DNA from: Polaromonas sp.
Lineage (GTDB): Bacteria; Pseudomonadota; Gammaproteobacteria; Burkholderiales; Burkholderiaceae_C
Length of the DNA: 64,000 nucleotides
Direction of reading: 5' to 3'
Assembly: GCA_041442125.1 (NCBI GenBank)
Contig: JASDRC010000030.1
Span: 20,173 to 84,172, forward strand
Shown here: positions 1 through 8,613 of the stretch, piece after piece
Layout of the letters: the number at the start of each line of letters is the position of its first letter
How positions within the stretch are numbered: position 1 is the stretch's first letter
Position numbers and translations under genes: made by a program
Notes under the pieces: generated by a model
Seen by the model: only the letters and a program-made list of their open reading frames with translations
The model's database searches: none
Told to the model about the DNA's origin: nothing

Positions 1-420
1 CAGACCGCCTACGACGACTACGCCAAGCGCTTCCCGCCTGAACTCAAAGTCGAGCTGAAGGCAGTCAAGACCGAAGCTCGGGCCTCTAAAACCCTTGAGA
101 ATTTGCTCGCCGCAGAGCGGTCGCGCATTGAAGCGGCGATTCCAAAAGGCATGCGCATCGTCGCTTTAGACGAGCGCGGCAGCAACATCACCACCGTTGC
201 TTTGGCCGACAAACTGCGGCTCTGGCAACGCGAGGGCGACGACGTTTCAATTGTCATCGGCGGCCCCGATGGTCTCGACCCAGGCTTCAAACAAGCCGCC
301 CACGAACGTATTCGCTTGTCCGACCTGACGCTGCCTCACGCCATGGTGCGCGTACTGCTGATTGAGCAGCTGTATCGCGCTTGGAGCATCACGGTGAACC
401 ATCCGTATCACCGAGAGTAG
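1..420 (+). CDS. rlmH: 23S rRNA m3Psi1915 methyltransferase (5' end outside window)
   Basis: Frame open from base 1 ([12 protein letters not shown]). SPOUT motifs [47 protein letters not shown]. Confidence 0.95.
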   Translation, partial: QTAYDDYAKRFPPELKVELKAVKTEARASKTLENLLAAERSRIEAAIPKGMRIVALDERGSNITTVALADKLRLWQREGDDVSIVIGGPDGLDPGFKQAAHERIRLSDLTLPHAMVRVLLIEQLYRAWSITVNHPYHRE

Positions 421-422
421 CC

Positions 423-1025
423 ATGCCTGATTTCATTTACCTAGCCTCGCAAAGTCCGCGTCGGGCGCAGTTGCTGGAGCAACTCGGCTTGTCGTTCGAA
501 CGCCTGTTACCGGACCCGTCTGAAGACGCCGAAGCTATAGAAGTTGTGCACGGGGCTGAAGCGCCTGCGACCTACGTCAAGCGCGTCACTCGGCTCAAGT
601 TGCAAGCGGCTGTGGCGCGTATGAAGCGGCAAGGTTTGCCGGCCGCGCCGCTGCTGTGTTCTGACACCACCGTCGCCTTGGGCCGAACCATTTTGGGCAA
701 GCCTGCGAATGACGCTGATGCGTTCCGCATGTTGACGCTATTGTCAGGCGCCACGCACCGCGTGCTGACGGCGGTGGCCGTGCAGAACGGGAAAAAGACT
801 GTCGAGGCGTTGAGCATTTCAAGCGTCACCTTTGCCCACATGACGCAGACCCAAATCAAGGCCTATGTTGCTTCTGGTGAGCCCATGGGCAAAGCCGGCG
901 CTTACGCGGTGCAGGGCAGGGCAGCGGTCCACATCACCCGCATCAACGGCAGTTATTCGGGCATCATGGGCTTGCCTCTTTATGAAACTTCATTGCTCTT
1001 GCGCGCCGTTGGCGTGAAGATCTGA
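423..1025 (+). CDS. maf: Maf-family nucleoside triphosphate pyrophosphatase
   Basis: IYLASQSPRRAQLL, SDTTVALGRTILGKP, GKAGAYAVQG, YSGIMGLPL. ATG at 423 preferred over the longer ORF start. Confidence 0.93.
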   Translation: MPDFIYLASQSPRRAQLLEQLGLSFERLLPDPSEDAEAIEVVHGAEAPATYVKRVTRLKLQAAVARMKRQGLPAAPLLCSDTTVALGRTILGKPANDADAFRMLTLLSGATHRVLTAVAVQNGKKTVEALSISSVTFAHMTQTQIKAYVASGEPMGKAGAYAVQGRAAVHITRINGSYSGIMGLPLYETSLLLRAVGVKI

Positions 1026-1042
1026 CACTAGGACTGTCCCCC

Positions 1043-2524
1043 ATGTCGCAGGAAATCCTGATCAATTGGTCGCCTCAGGAGACCCGTGTCGTTGTTGTCG
1101 AAAACGGCGCAGTGCAAGAACTCCACGTTGAACGAGCACTCGAACGCGGCTTGGTCGGCAATGTCTACCTCGGCAAGGTCGTGCGTGTGCTGCCGGGCAT
1201 GCAATCTGCCTTCATCGATATCGGCCTCGACCGCACCGCCTTTTTGCATGTGGCTGATCTGATGAGCAGCATCAACAGTCGCCACGCAGAAGCGGAGTCC
1301 GGCAAGACCGAAACCGCACCGGCTTTGCCGATCGAGAAGCAGCTGTTTGAGGGCCGGGCCATCATGGTGCAAGTCCTCAAGGACCCGATTGGCACCAAGG
1401 GCGCGCGCTTGACGGCGCAGATCAGCATTGCCGGCCGCTTGCTGGTGTTTTTGCCGCAGGACAGCCACATTGGCGTATCGCAAAAAATTCCGCCTAAGCA
1501 ACGCGAAGAGCTGCGCCAGCGCATGCAAGCCCTTGCCGGCGAGGCCGGTGGCGGCTTTATTTTGCGCACCAACGGCGAAGAAGCCAGCGACGCGGAACTC
1601 ACTGAAGACATCGGCTATTTGCGCAAGACCTGGGCGCGCATCAAAGACGCATCCTTGCGCTTACCGCCGACCTCTGTCTTGCACCAAGACCTCAATTTGC
1701 TGCAGCGCGTGTTGCGTGACGTGGTCTCGGAAGACACGCAAAGCATCCGCGTTGATTCGCGTGAGCAGTGCGCGCACTTGCAAACCTTCGCCGCGGAGTT
1801 CATGCCCGCCACGCTGAAAAAAATTCAGCTTTATGCGGGTGAACGGCCGATCTTTGATTTGTTGAACATCGACGAAGAAATCGCCCGTGCCTTGGGGCGT
1901 CGGGTTGAACTCAAGTCGGGCGGCTACCTCATCATTGACCAGACCGAAGCGTTGACCACCGTCGATGTCAACACTGGCGGATTCGTCGGCGCGCGCAACT
2001 TTGATGAGACTGTTTTCAAAACCAACCTAGAAGCGGCGCAAACCATTGCCAGGCAACTCCGGTTGCGCAATTTGGGCGGCATCGTGATCGTTGACTTCAT
2101 CGACATGCTGCGCGACAACCACCGCGACGCGGTGCTGGACGAGTTCAAAAAACAGCTGGCACGTGACCGTATCAAGACCACGGTCAACGGATTTTCGGCC
2201 TTGGGATTGCTGGAGATGACACGCAAACGCACGCGTGAGTCGCTCTCGCACCAGTTGTGTGAGCCGTGCAGCGCTTGCGGCGGCAAGGGCGTGGTCAAGA
2301 CGGCGCGCAGCGTGACCTACGACATCTTGCGAGAAATTCTGCGCGAGGCCCGGCAGTTCAATCCGCGCGAGTTTCGCGTGGTGGCGGCGCCGCAAGTCAT
2401 CGAGTTATTTTTGGACGAAGAAAGCCAGCACTTGGCTGGCTTGAGCGCCTTTATCGGCAAGCCGATTTCTTTGCAATCGGAAGTCGCGATGGCGCAAGAG
2501 CACTACGACATCGTGCTGCTTTAA
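1043..2524 (+). CDS. rng: Ribonuclease G (Rne/Rng family)
   Basis: GNVYLGKVVRVLPGMQSAFIDIG, TEALTTVDVNTG, RLRNLGGIVIVDFIDM, CxxCxGxG. Follows maf as usual. Confidence 0.95.
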   Translation: MSQEILINWSPQETRVVVVENGAVQELHVERALERGLVGNVYLGKVVRVLPGMQSAFIDIGLDRTAFLHVADLMSSINSRHAEAESGKTETAPALPIEKQLFEGRAIMVQVLKDPIGTKGARLTAQISIAGRLLVFLPQDSHIGVSQKIPPKQREELRQRMQALAGEAGGGFILRTNGEEASDAELTEDIGYLRKTWARIKDASLRLPPTSVLHQDLNLLQRVLRDVVSEDTQSIRVDSREQCAHLQTFAAEFMPATLKKIQLYAGERPIFDLLNIDEEIARALGRRVELKSGGYLIIDQTEALTTVDVNTGGFVGARNFDETVFKTNLEAAQTIARQLRLRNLGGIVIVDFIDMLRDNHRDAVLDEFKKQLARDRIKTTVNGFSALGLLEMTRKRTRESLSHQLCEPCSACGGKGVVKTARSVTYDILREILREARQFNPREFRVVAAPQVIELFLDEESQHLAGLSAFIGKPISLQSEVAMAQEHYDIVLL

Positions 2525-2537
2525 CGCCAAGAATTTA

Positions 2538-4361
2538 TCAGTGGGACTTGCTGCTGGTGTTGAAGCCCAGCTGGTAAAGGTGGCTGTAAGCGCCGCCTTT
2601 GGCCAGCAGCTCCGCATGGCTGCCCGACTCCAGCACCCGGCCGCTCTCGAGCATGATGATGCGGTCGGCATGTTGAATGGTCGACAGGCGGTGCGCAATG
2701 ATCACAGAGGTTCGGTCGGCGGTCAGTCGCCCAATCGCTTGCTGAACCGCTTGCTCAGACTCGGTGTCGAGCGCCGAGGTGGCTTCGTCCAAAATCAAAA
2801 TTGGCGCATCTTTGTAGAGCGCTCTGGCAATCGCCAAACGCTGGCGCTGACCGCCTGACAGCTGCATGGCGTTGTGGCCAAGCAGGGTGTCCATGCCTTT
2901 TGGCAGTTCAGCCAGCAGCTTCTCCAAGTTGGCGTCTTGCAAGCATTGCGTCACCCGCGTTCGATCAATCGGCTGCCCGAGAGCGACGTTGGCGGCGATG
3001 GACTCATTGAGCATCACCACGTGCTGGCTGACGAAGGCGAACTGTTCGCGTAGCGATGTCAGGTGCCACTCTTTGAGTGGCACGCCGTCTAGGCGGATGA
3101 CGCCGGAAGATAGATCCTGAAAACGTGGCAACAAGTTCACCAGCGTGCTTTTGCCCGAGCCGGAGGTGCCGACAATCGCGATGGTTTCGCCCGGTCGGAT
3201 GGTCAGGTTGAGTTGGTCTAGTGCCGGGTTGGCGTCGGCTTTGTAGCGCACGGTGACATCCGCGAAGGTGACGTTTCCGGTGGCCCTGCTTTTGCTGAAG
3301 GTGCCGCTGGTTTCGTCATCAATTTGGTCCAGCAGATTCAAGCCGCGCTCCAATGCCGCGATACCGCGGGTGATGGGTGTGGCGGCGTCCGACAGACTTT
3401 TGATGGGTGCGATCAAGAGCAGCATGGCGGTTACAAAGGCGACAAAACTGCCGACCGTGGTGGCGCCATTGGCGCTTTGCAGCAAGGCAATCGAGACCAC
3501 GGCGGACAGTGCCACGGCGGTCAGCAGTTGGGTCAGCGCGCTCATACCGGCGTGAGCCACCGTCGACTTGACAGACAAATGGCGCAGCGCCAAGCTGAGC
3601 AAATGAAAACGCAGAGACTGAATTTTTTGCGCTGCATGCAGGCGAATGTCGCGATGCGCCAAGACGTTCTCCTCTACCACGTAGGCGAGGTCGTCGGTGG
3701 CTTTCTGGCTTTCTTTGGTCAGTCGGTAAAGCCGCTTGGAGAGTATCCGCACGACAGCGATGACGGCTGGGAAAATCAGCGCCACAACCAGCGTTAATTT
3801 CCAGTTCAGGTACAGCAGGTAGCCGACCAAGGCCAGCATGCTCAGCAGGTCACGCGCCAGTCGCATCACGGCGTTCACCAACAAGCTGGAGCCGTTCTGG
3901 ACTTCGTAAACCACTGTGTTGGCAATGGTGCTGGAGGTTTGCTCCGTGAACAAGCTAAAACGCGCGCTCAGGAGTTTGTCAAACATCGCCTCGCGGAGTT
4001 TTTGCAAGCCGACGTTGGTGACTTTCGCCAAACCATATTGCGCCAAAAAACCAGCCAGTCCGCGGACCCCGAAGAGCAGCATTAAAAAGACCGGCACTTG
4101 CCAGATGTTGAGCTCACCGCCAGGCTGAAAACCGCGATCCAACAAGGGTTTCAGCAGGGCTGGCACCATCGGTTCAGTGGCAGATGCCAACAGCGTTGCA
4201 ATAATCGCCAGCATCCAGCCACTTTTTGAACTGCTGAAATAGGGCCAGAGTCTTTTGACACTTTCAGGAATGGTCCGCTTTTTCGCCGTCGGTGGAGTCG
4301 CTTGAGGCGAAGAAGTTGAATGGTTCAAGGGCTTTTTCCGGGTTGCCAGCTTTGACTGCAT
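2538..4361 (-). CDS. msbA: Lipid A export ABC transporter permease/ATPase
   Basis: N-terminal TM domain, Walker A GTSGSGKST, LSGGQRQRLAIARAL, ILILDEATSALD, IAHRLSTI. Confidence 0.88.
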   Translation of the reverse strand: MQSKLATRKKPLNHSTSSPQATPPTAKKRTIPESVKRLWPYFSSSKSGWMLAIIATLLASATEPMVPALLKPLLDRGFQPGGELNIWQVPVFLMLLFGVRGLAGFLAQYGLAKVTNVGLQKLREAMFDKLLSARFSLFTEQTSSTIANTVVYEVQNGSSLLVNAVMRLARDLLSMLALVGYLLYLNWKLTLVVALIFPAVIAVVRILSKRLYRLTKESQKATDDLAYVVEENVLAHRDIRLHAAQKIQSLRFHLLSLALRHLSVKSTVAHAGMSALTQLLTAVALSAVVSIALLQSANGATTVGSFVAFVTAMLLLIAPIKSLSDAATPITRGIAALERGLNLLDQIDDETSGTFSKSRATGNVTFADVTVRYKADANPALDQLNLTIRPGETIAIVGTSGSGKSTLVNLLPRFQDLSSGVIRLDGVPLKEWHLTSLREQFAFVSQHVVMLNESIAANVALGQPIDRTRVTQCLQDANLEKLLAELPKGMDTLLGHNAMQLSGGQRQRLAIARALYKDAPILILDEATSALDTESEQAVQQAIGRLTADRTSVIIAHRLSTIQHADRIIMLESGRVLESGSHAELLAKGGAYSHLYQLGFNTSSKSH

Positions 4362-4511
4362 TATCGTTGGGCTTCTGCGGTGAATAAATTTAGTAGCCGT
4401 TTGTTTCGTTTAGACTTTGATGTTCCGTTTTGTCTTGTCCGGTGTGTACTATGCAGGCTGAAGCTGCATAGGCTAAAAATCTCGTGTTGAACAGTCTGGA
4501 TCGTCAAATTG

Positions 4512-5816
4512 ATGAATGATTTTAGTTTTCAAAATATTCAGCGGCGTGGTGCGCTGAAGGCGCTGTCGTCAGCCTCGCTGTTGGCGGTGACTGCCGTCCC
4601 GGCACTGGCCCAATTCCGTGTCGAAGTGTCGGGCATTGGCCTGACGCAATTGCCCATTGCTTTGCCCGTTTTCAGAGGCGAAGCGCAAGCGCCCCAAAAA
4701 ATCAGCGCCATTGTGAAAGCCGATTTGGAGCGCAGCGGCATGTTCCGCTCGGTGGACACCGCTGGCCTGCAGGCTGACGAAACCACCCAGCTTGACGCCA
4801 ATACTTGGCGCCAACGCGGTGCTGACTCCGTCGCCACCGGCAGCATCACTGCCTTGGCCGATGGCCGCTTTGATGTACGTGTGCGCTTGTGGGATGTCGT
4901 TCGCAGCCAAGACTTGGGCGGTCAGAGTCATGTGGTTTCGGCGGCTGACTTGCGTTTGGCGGCACACCGGGTAGCCGACTTCATCTACGAAAAAATCACC
5001 GGCGAAAAAGGTATTTTTGCAACCCGCATTGCTTATGTCACCAAGACGGCGCAGCGCTTCAACTTGTGGGTGGCAGACTCTGACGGTGAAAATGCCCAGT
5101 CGGCGCTGACCAGCCCCGAGCCGATTATTTCGCCCTCCTGGTCGCCGACCGGTGTGCAGCTGGCGTATGTGTCTTTCGAGTCGCGCAAGCCGGTGATTTA
5201 TTCACACGATGTCGCCACCGGCAAGCGCCGTCTGCTGGCTAATTTCAAGGGTTCGAACAGCGCACCGGCGTGGTCACCCGACGGTCGGCAATTGGTCGCC
5301 ACGCTCAGTCGCGATGGCGGCTCGCAGATTTTTGCGCTCGACGTCAACGGCGGCGAGCCGCGCCGCCTGACACAGTCAGCCAGTATTGACACCGAGCCAA
5401 CTTACTCGCGCGACGGCAAAAGTATTTATTTCGTCAGTGACCGTGGCGGCGCACCGCAAATTTACAAAATGTCCCCCTCGGGCGGCAGCGCACAGCGGGT
5501 GACCTTCACGGGCTCATACAATATCTCACCAGCGTTGAGTCAAGATGGTCGGTGGATGGCATACATCTCCCGCGTCGGAGGCGCGTTCAAACTACACCTG
5601 ATGGACTTGGGCAGCGGTGCTGTCTCGGCTATCACGGACACCAGCGCGGACGAAAACCCAAGCTTTTCTCCCAACAGCCGTTTGATTTTGTACGCAACGC
5701 AGCAGCAAGGCCGCGAAGCGCTCATGACCAGCACGCTGGATGGAAAGATCAAGGCCCGTTTGTCGGGTGCCAGCGGTGACATCCGCGAACCTGACTGGGG
5801 TCCGTTCCAGCGTTAA
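4512..5816 (+). CDS. tolB: Tol-Pal beta-propeller protein TolB
   Basis: TolB_N domain plus PD40 repeats (ISPSWSPTG, APAWSPDG, EPTYSRDG, NPSFSPNS). Upstream of pal. Confidence 0.95.
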   Translation: MNDFSFQNIQRRGALKALSSASLLAVTAVPALAQFRVEVSGIGLTQLPIALPVFRGEAQAPQKISAIVKADLERSGMFRSVDTAGLQADETTQLDANTWRQRGADSVATGSITALADGRFDVRVRLWDVVRSQDLGGQSHVVSAADLRLAAHRVADFIYEKITGEKGIFATRIAYVTKTAQRFNLWVADSDGENAQSALTSPEPIISPSWSPTGVQLAYVSFESRKPVIYSHDVATGKRRLLANFKGSNSAPAWSPDGRQLVATLSRDGGSQIFALDVNGGEPRRLTQSASIDTEPTYSRDGKSIYFVSDRGGAPQIYKMSPSGGSAQRVTFTGSYNISPALSQDGRWMAYISRVGGAFKLHLMDLGSGAVSAITDTSADENPSFSPNSRLILYATQQQGREALMTSTLDGKIKARLSGASGDIREPDWGPFQR

Positions 5817-5858
5817 TTTTTCTTTTTTAGTCTTTTTAGTTTTTTTCGAGAGGTTTCC

Positions 5859-6398
5859 ATGAAACGTATTTCTTCAGTCTTGTCGGTGCTCACGCTTTCT
5901 TTCGTTTTGGCCGCTTGCGGCTCCAATGTCAAGTTAAGCGATGTGCCTGTTGAAGACCGCAGCGCTGTTGTCGCTGGTGCCAGCGGCGCTGGTGCTGGCG
6001 GCGCAACCGGTAGCGGCGTTGCGCCGGTCGAGATCATGACCACCGACACCACCGCTGCCGGCCCAGTGGGTGCTGAACGCGTCTTCTATTTTGACTACGA
6101 CAGCTTCACCATCAAGCCAGAGTTCCAGCGCGCGATTGAGATGCACGCGCGTTTTTTAGCCACTAACAAGAGCCGCCGAATCGCCATCGATGGCCACACC
6201 GACGAACGCGGTGGCCGCGAGTACAACTTGGCTTTGGGTCAGAAGCGCTCTGAAGCCGTTCGCCGCTCCCTGTCCTTGCTGGGTGTCTCTGAGACCCAAG
6301 TCGAGGCCGTGAGTTTTGGTGAAGAAAAACCAGCGGTTGCCGGCCTCACCGAAGAAGCCTTCGCCAAGAACCGTCGCGTTGAGATCACCTACCGATGA
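5859..6398 (+). CDS. pal: Peptidoglycan-associated lipoprotein
   Basis: Lipobox LAAC. OmpA-like IDGHTDERGGREYNLALGQKRSEAV, KNRRVEI. Confidence 0.96.
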   Translation: MKRISSVLSVLTLSFVLAACGSNVKLSDVPVEDRSAVVAGASGAGAGGATGSGVAPVEIMTTDTTAAGPVGAERVFYFDYDSFTIKPEFQRAIEMHARFLATNKSRRIAIDGHTDERGGREYNLALGQKRSEAVRRSLSLLGVSETQVEAVSFGEEKPAVAGLTEEAFAKNRRVEITYR

Positions 6399-7204
6399 AT
6401 CGCGGGATGGACGCTGTGACCCCGTCATTCAAGCAGCGTGGCCGGGTCGCCCTATTGGCCGTGATGTTGCTGTCCATGGGGACTTCGCAGGCCGCCCTAT
6501 TTGGCGACGACGAAGCGCGTCAAGCGATTCTGGAACTGCGAACCAAGGTCGATGCGCTCCAACAGAAAAGTGCTGACGATTTGCGCAAAGCCAATGAAGA
6601 GCATGCACAGGTCAATGCCCAGCTGCGTCGAAGCATCCTCGATCTGTCCAGCCAGATTGAGAGCTCACGCGGCGAGTTAGCCCGCATGCGAGGCCAAGAC
6701 GAGCAGTTGGCGCGAGACTTGTCCGAGCTCCAAGTGCGGCAAAAAGACCTGCTGCAGTTGATGGAAGACCGGCTCAAAAAATTCGAACCCAGCAAAGTTC
6801 GCGTGGATGGTCTGGAGTTCGTCGCCGAACCGGCTGAGGTACGTGACTTTGATGCCGCCTTGGCCATCTTGCGCAAGGGTGAGTTTGCGCAAGCCCAAGT
6901 CTCATTCACCGACTTCAATCGGCGCTACCCCAGCAGCGGCTACAACCCCTCGGTCTTGTTTTGGCTGGGCAACGTCCAGTACGCTCAGCGCAATTACAAA
7001 GACGCTATTGGTAACTTTCGCGCGCTCATGAGTGCAGCCCCCGCTCATTTGCGTGCCCCAGAGGCTTTGCTGGCGATTGCCAATTGCCAGATTGAGCTGA
7101 AAGAAACCAAGGGCGCGCGCACCACACTGGACGAGCTGATCAAAGCCTATCCGCAGTCTGAGGCTGCAACGGTTGGTAAAGAACGTTTGGCCAAACTGAA
7201 GTAG
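6395..7204 (+). CDS. cpoB: Cell division coordinator CpoB/YbgF
   Basis: Signal peptide, ALFGDDEARQAILELR, coiled coil, TPR region. Overlaps pal stop. Confidence 0.92.
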   Translation: MNRGMDAVTPSFKQRGRVALLAVMLLSMGTSQAALFGDDEARQAILELRTKVDALQQKSADDLRKANEEHAQVNAQLRRSILDLSSQIESSRGELARMRGQDEQLARDLSELQVRQKDLLQLMEDRLKKFEPSKVRVDGLEFVAEPAEVRDFDAALAILRKGEFAQAQVSFTDFNRRYPSSGYNPSVLFWLGNVQYAQRNYKDAIGNFRALMSAAPAHLRAPEALLAIANCQIELKETKGARTTLDELIKAYPQSEAATVGKERLAKLK

Positions 7205-7210
7205 TCGTGG

Positions 7211-7375
7211 ATGGACATCGTCGCACTGCAAATTCTCAATAGCCAAATTCTCTGGGCTTCATTCGCTCTGTCGGTGCTTTTTGGCGCTATCGCACAGCGC
7301 ACTCACTTTTGCAGCATGGGTGCCGTGGCCGGGCTCTACTGCCAAATCTTTCGCCTTGAGCGCGCGCCGCAGTGA
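7211..7375 (+). pseudogene. 54-codon remnant of a YeeE/YedE sulfur-compound transporter
   Basis: Hand translation MDIVALQILNSQILWASFALSVLFGAIAQRTHFCSMGAVAGLYCQIFRLERAPQ*. FGAIAQRTHFCxMGAV is the YeeE N-terminal motif. Full proteins are several hundred aa. Confidence 0.8.
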
Positions 7376-8199
7376 CTGCACTGCTGCCGTTGACCGCTGC
7401 TGTACCGGCCGATCTTGAGCGCCGTTTTGGCGGACTGGCGCGCCTCTATGGTCAGGCTGGCGCACAGCGCATTCGCCAGGCACATGCGGTGGTGGTGGGC
7501 TTAGGCGGTGTGGGCTCCTGGGCTGCAGAAGCCCTGGCCCGCAGCGGTGTGGCCAAGCTCACATTGATCGATCTCGACCACATCTCCGAGTCGAACATCA
7601 ACCGCCAGCTGCATGCCTTGGACAACACGCTGGGGCAGTCCAAAGTCGGCGCCATGCGCGAGCGTATTCAATTGATCAACCCCAGTTGTGAAGTGCATGG
7701 CGTTGAAGAATTTGTGGACGCCAGCAACTGGCCGCATATCGCCGGTCTTGATGCGCTCGACGGCGCGGCGCCACTGGCCGTGTTGGACGCCTGTGACCAA
7801 GTGCGCGCTAAAACCGCCATGGCCGCCTGGGCGATTCAGCATGGCATCAACTTCATCACCGTCGGCGCGGCAGGCGGCAAGCGTCACGCGCACCGTGTTG
7901 ACATCGAAGACCTGTCACTCACCACGCACGACCCCTTGCTGGCGCAGCTGCGTTACCGACTGCGCAAAGAGCAGGGTGCTGCACGCCTTGGCAAGATCGG
8001 TGTGGCTTGTGTCTTCAGCCGCGAGTCCGTCGCGCAGCCCGATGCCTCAAGCGACATTGGCAACGCCGACGGCAGCTTGAATTGCCACGGCTACGGATCG
8101 GTGGTTAGTGTCACTTCCACCTTCGGCGTGTGCGCTGCAGGTTGGCTCTTGGATAAAATTGCGTCAGGTTTTCAAAACAAGTCAAAAAGGACGCTATAA
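7372..8199 (+). CDS. tcdA: tRNA threonylcarbamoyladenosine dehydratase (ThiF/HesA family)
   Basis: RRFGGLARLYG, VVVGLGGVGSWAAEALARSG, IDLDHISESNINRQ, CHGYGS. Confidence 0.92.
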   Translation: MTALLPLTAAVPADLERRFGGLARLYGQAGAQRIRQAHAVVVGLGGVGSWAAEALARSGVAKLTLIDLDHISESNINRQLHALDNTLGQSKVGAMRERIQLINPSCEVHGVEEFVDASNWPHIAGLDALDGAAPLAVLDACDQVRAKTAMAAWAIQHGINFITVGAAGGKRHAHRVDIEDLSLTTHDPLLAQLRYRLRKEQGAARLGKIGVACVFSRESVAQPDASSDIGNADGSLNCHGYGSVVSVTSTFGVCAAGWLLDKIASGFQNKSKRTL

Positions 8200-8200
8200 T
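8195..8200 (+). promoter_or_regulatory. Probable sigma70 -10 box of the tRNA-Lys promoter
   Basis: Exact TATAAT at 8195-8200, with TTCAAA at 8171-8176. The same TATAATyTGAGGCT context precedes tRNA-Asn on the other strand. Confidence 0.55.
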
Positions 8201-8258
8201 TTGAGGCTCAGCTGAAGACGACAAAATCTAATTCAGCAGAGAGTTAAGAAGAATAAGT

Positions 8259-8334
8259 GGGACGTTAGCTCAGTTGGTAGAGCAGCGGACTTTTAATCCG
8301 TTTGTCGTGGGTTCGACCCCCGCACGTCCCACCA
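8259..8334 (+). tRNA. tRNA-Lys (anticodon TTT)
   Basis: 76 nt, acceptor GGGACGT/ACGTCCC, D arm AGCTCAGTTGGTAGAGC, anticodon loop CTTTTAA, T arm GGTTCGA, encoded CCA. Confidence 0.98.
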
Positions 8335-8351
8335 GTTTCTTCAAGGTAATC

Positions 8352-8385
8352 AAGCACTTACGAGTAATCGGCAAGTGCTTTTTTT
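8352..8385 (+). terminator. Hairpin with T run after tRNA-Lys
   Basis: AAGCACTT (8352-8359) pairs with AAGTGCTT (8373-8380), followed by Ts. Confidence 0.7.
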
Positions 8386-8399
8386 ACGTCTGCATTTCA

Positions 8400-8417
8400 T
8401 GTAGGCGCAAGTGTAGG
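8400..8417 (+). repeat. Direct repeat TGTAGG x2, 12-bp period (putative integrase arm sites)
   Basis: TGTAGG at 8400-8405 and 8412-8417. The same layout occurs beside tRNA-Asn. Confidence 0.5.
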
Positions 8418-8420
8418 CAT

Positions 8421-8579
8421 GTAGTCGTGGCACATGTAGAGGCGGGTGTCGCCGGACAGGCGCATCAGGCTGGGCACACTCTGGTACGGGCCGTGGGCGT
8501 TGCCACCGGGGAAGTATTCGGGCTCCAGGTTGAAGACGGCCTCGAATACGGTTTGCACATCGGCAATAGCCGCGCTAAT
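8421..8579 (-). pseudogene. Remnant of an MBL-fold persulfide dioxygenase (ETHE1/Sdo/Blh type)
   Basis: Minus-strand hand translation ISAAIADVQTVFEAVFNLEPEYFPGGNAHGPYQSVPSLMRLSGDTRLYMCHDY. FPGG...TRLYMCHDY is the family C-terminal motif. No start codon and no HxHxDH motif. Confidence 0.75.
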
Positions 8580-8613
8580 GGCGCTACTGGCCTGGCTTCG
8601 ACTAAATATTCCC

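Noticed and set aside
4512-7204. tolB-pal-cpoB without tolQRA as an anomaly
   Set aside because: Split tol-pal clusters are common, and tolQRA may lie elsewhere in the genome.
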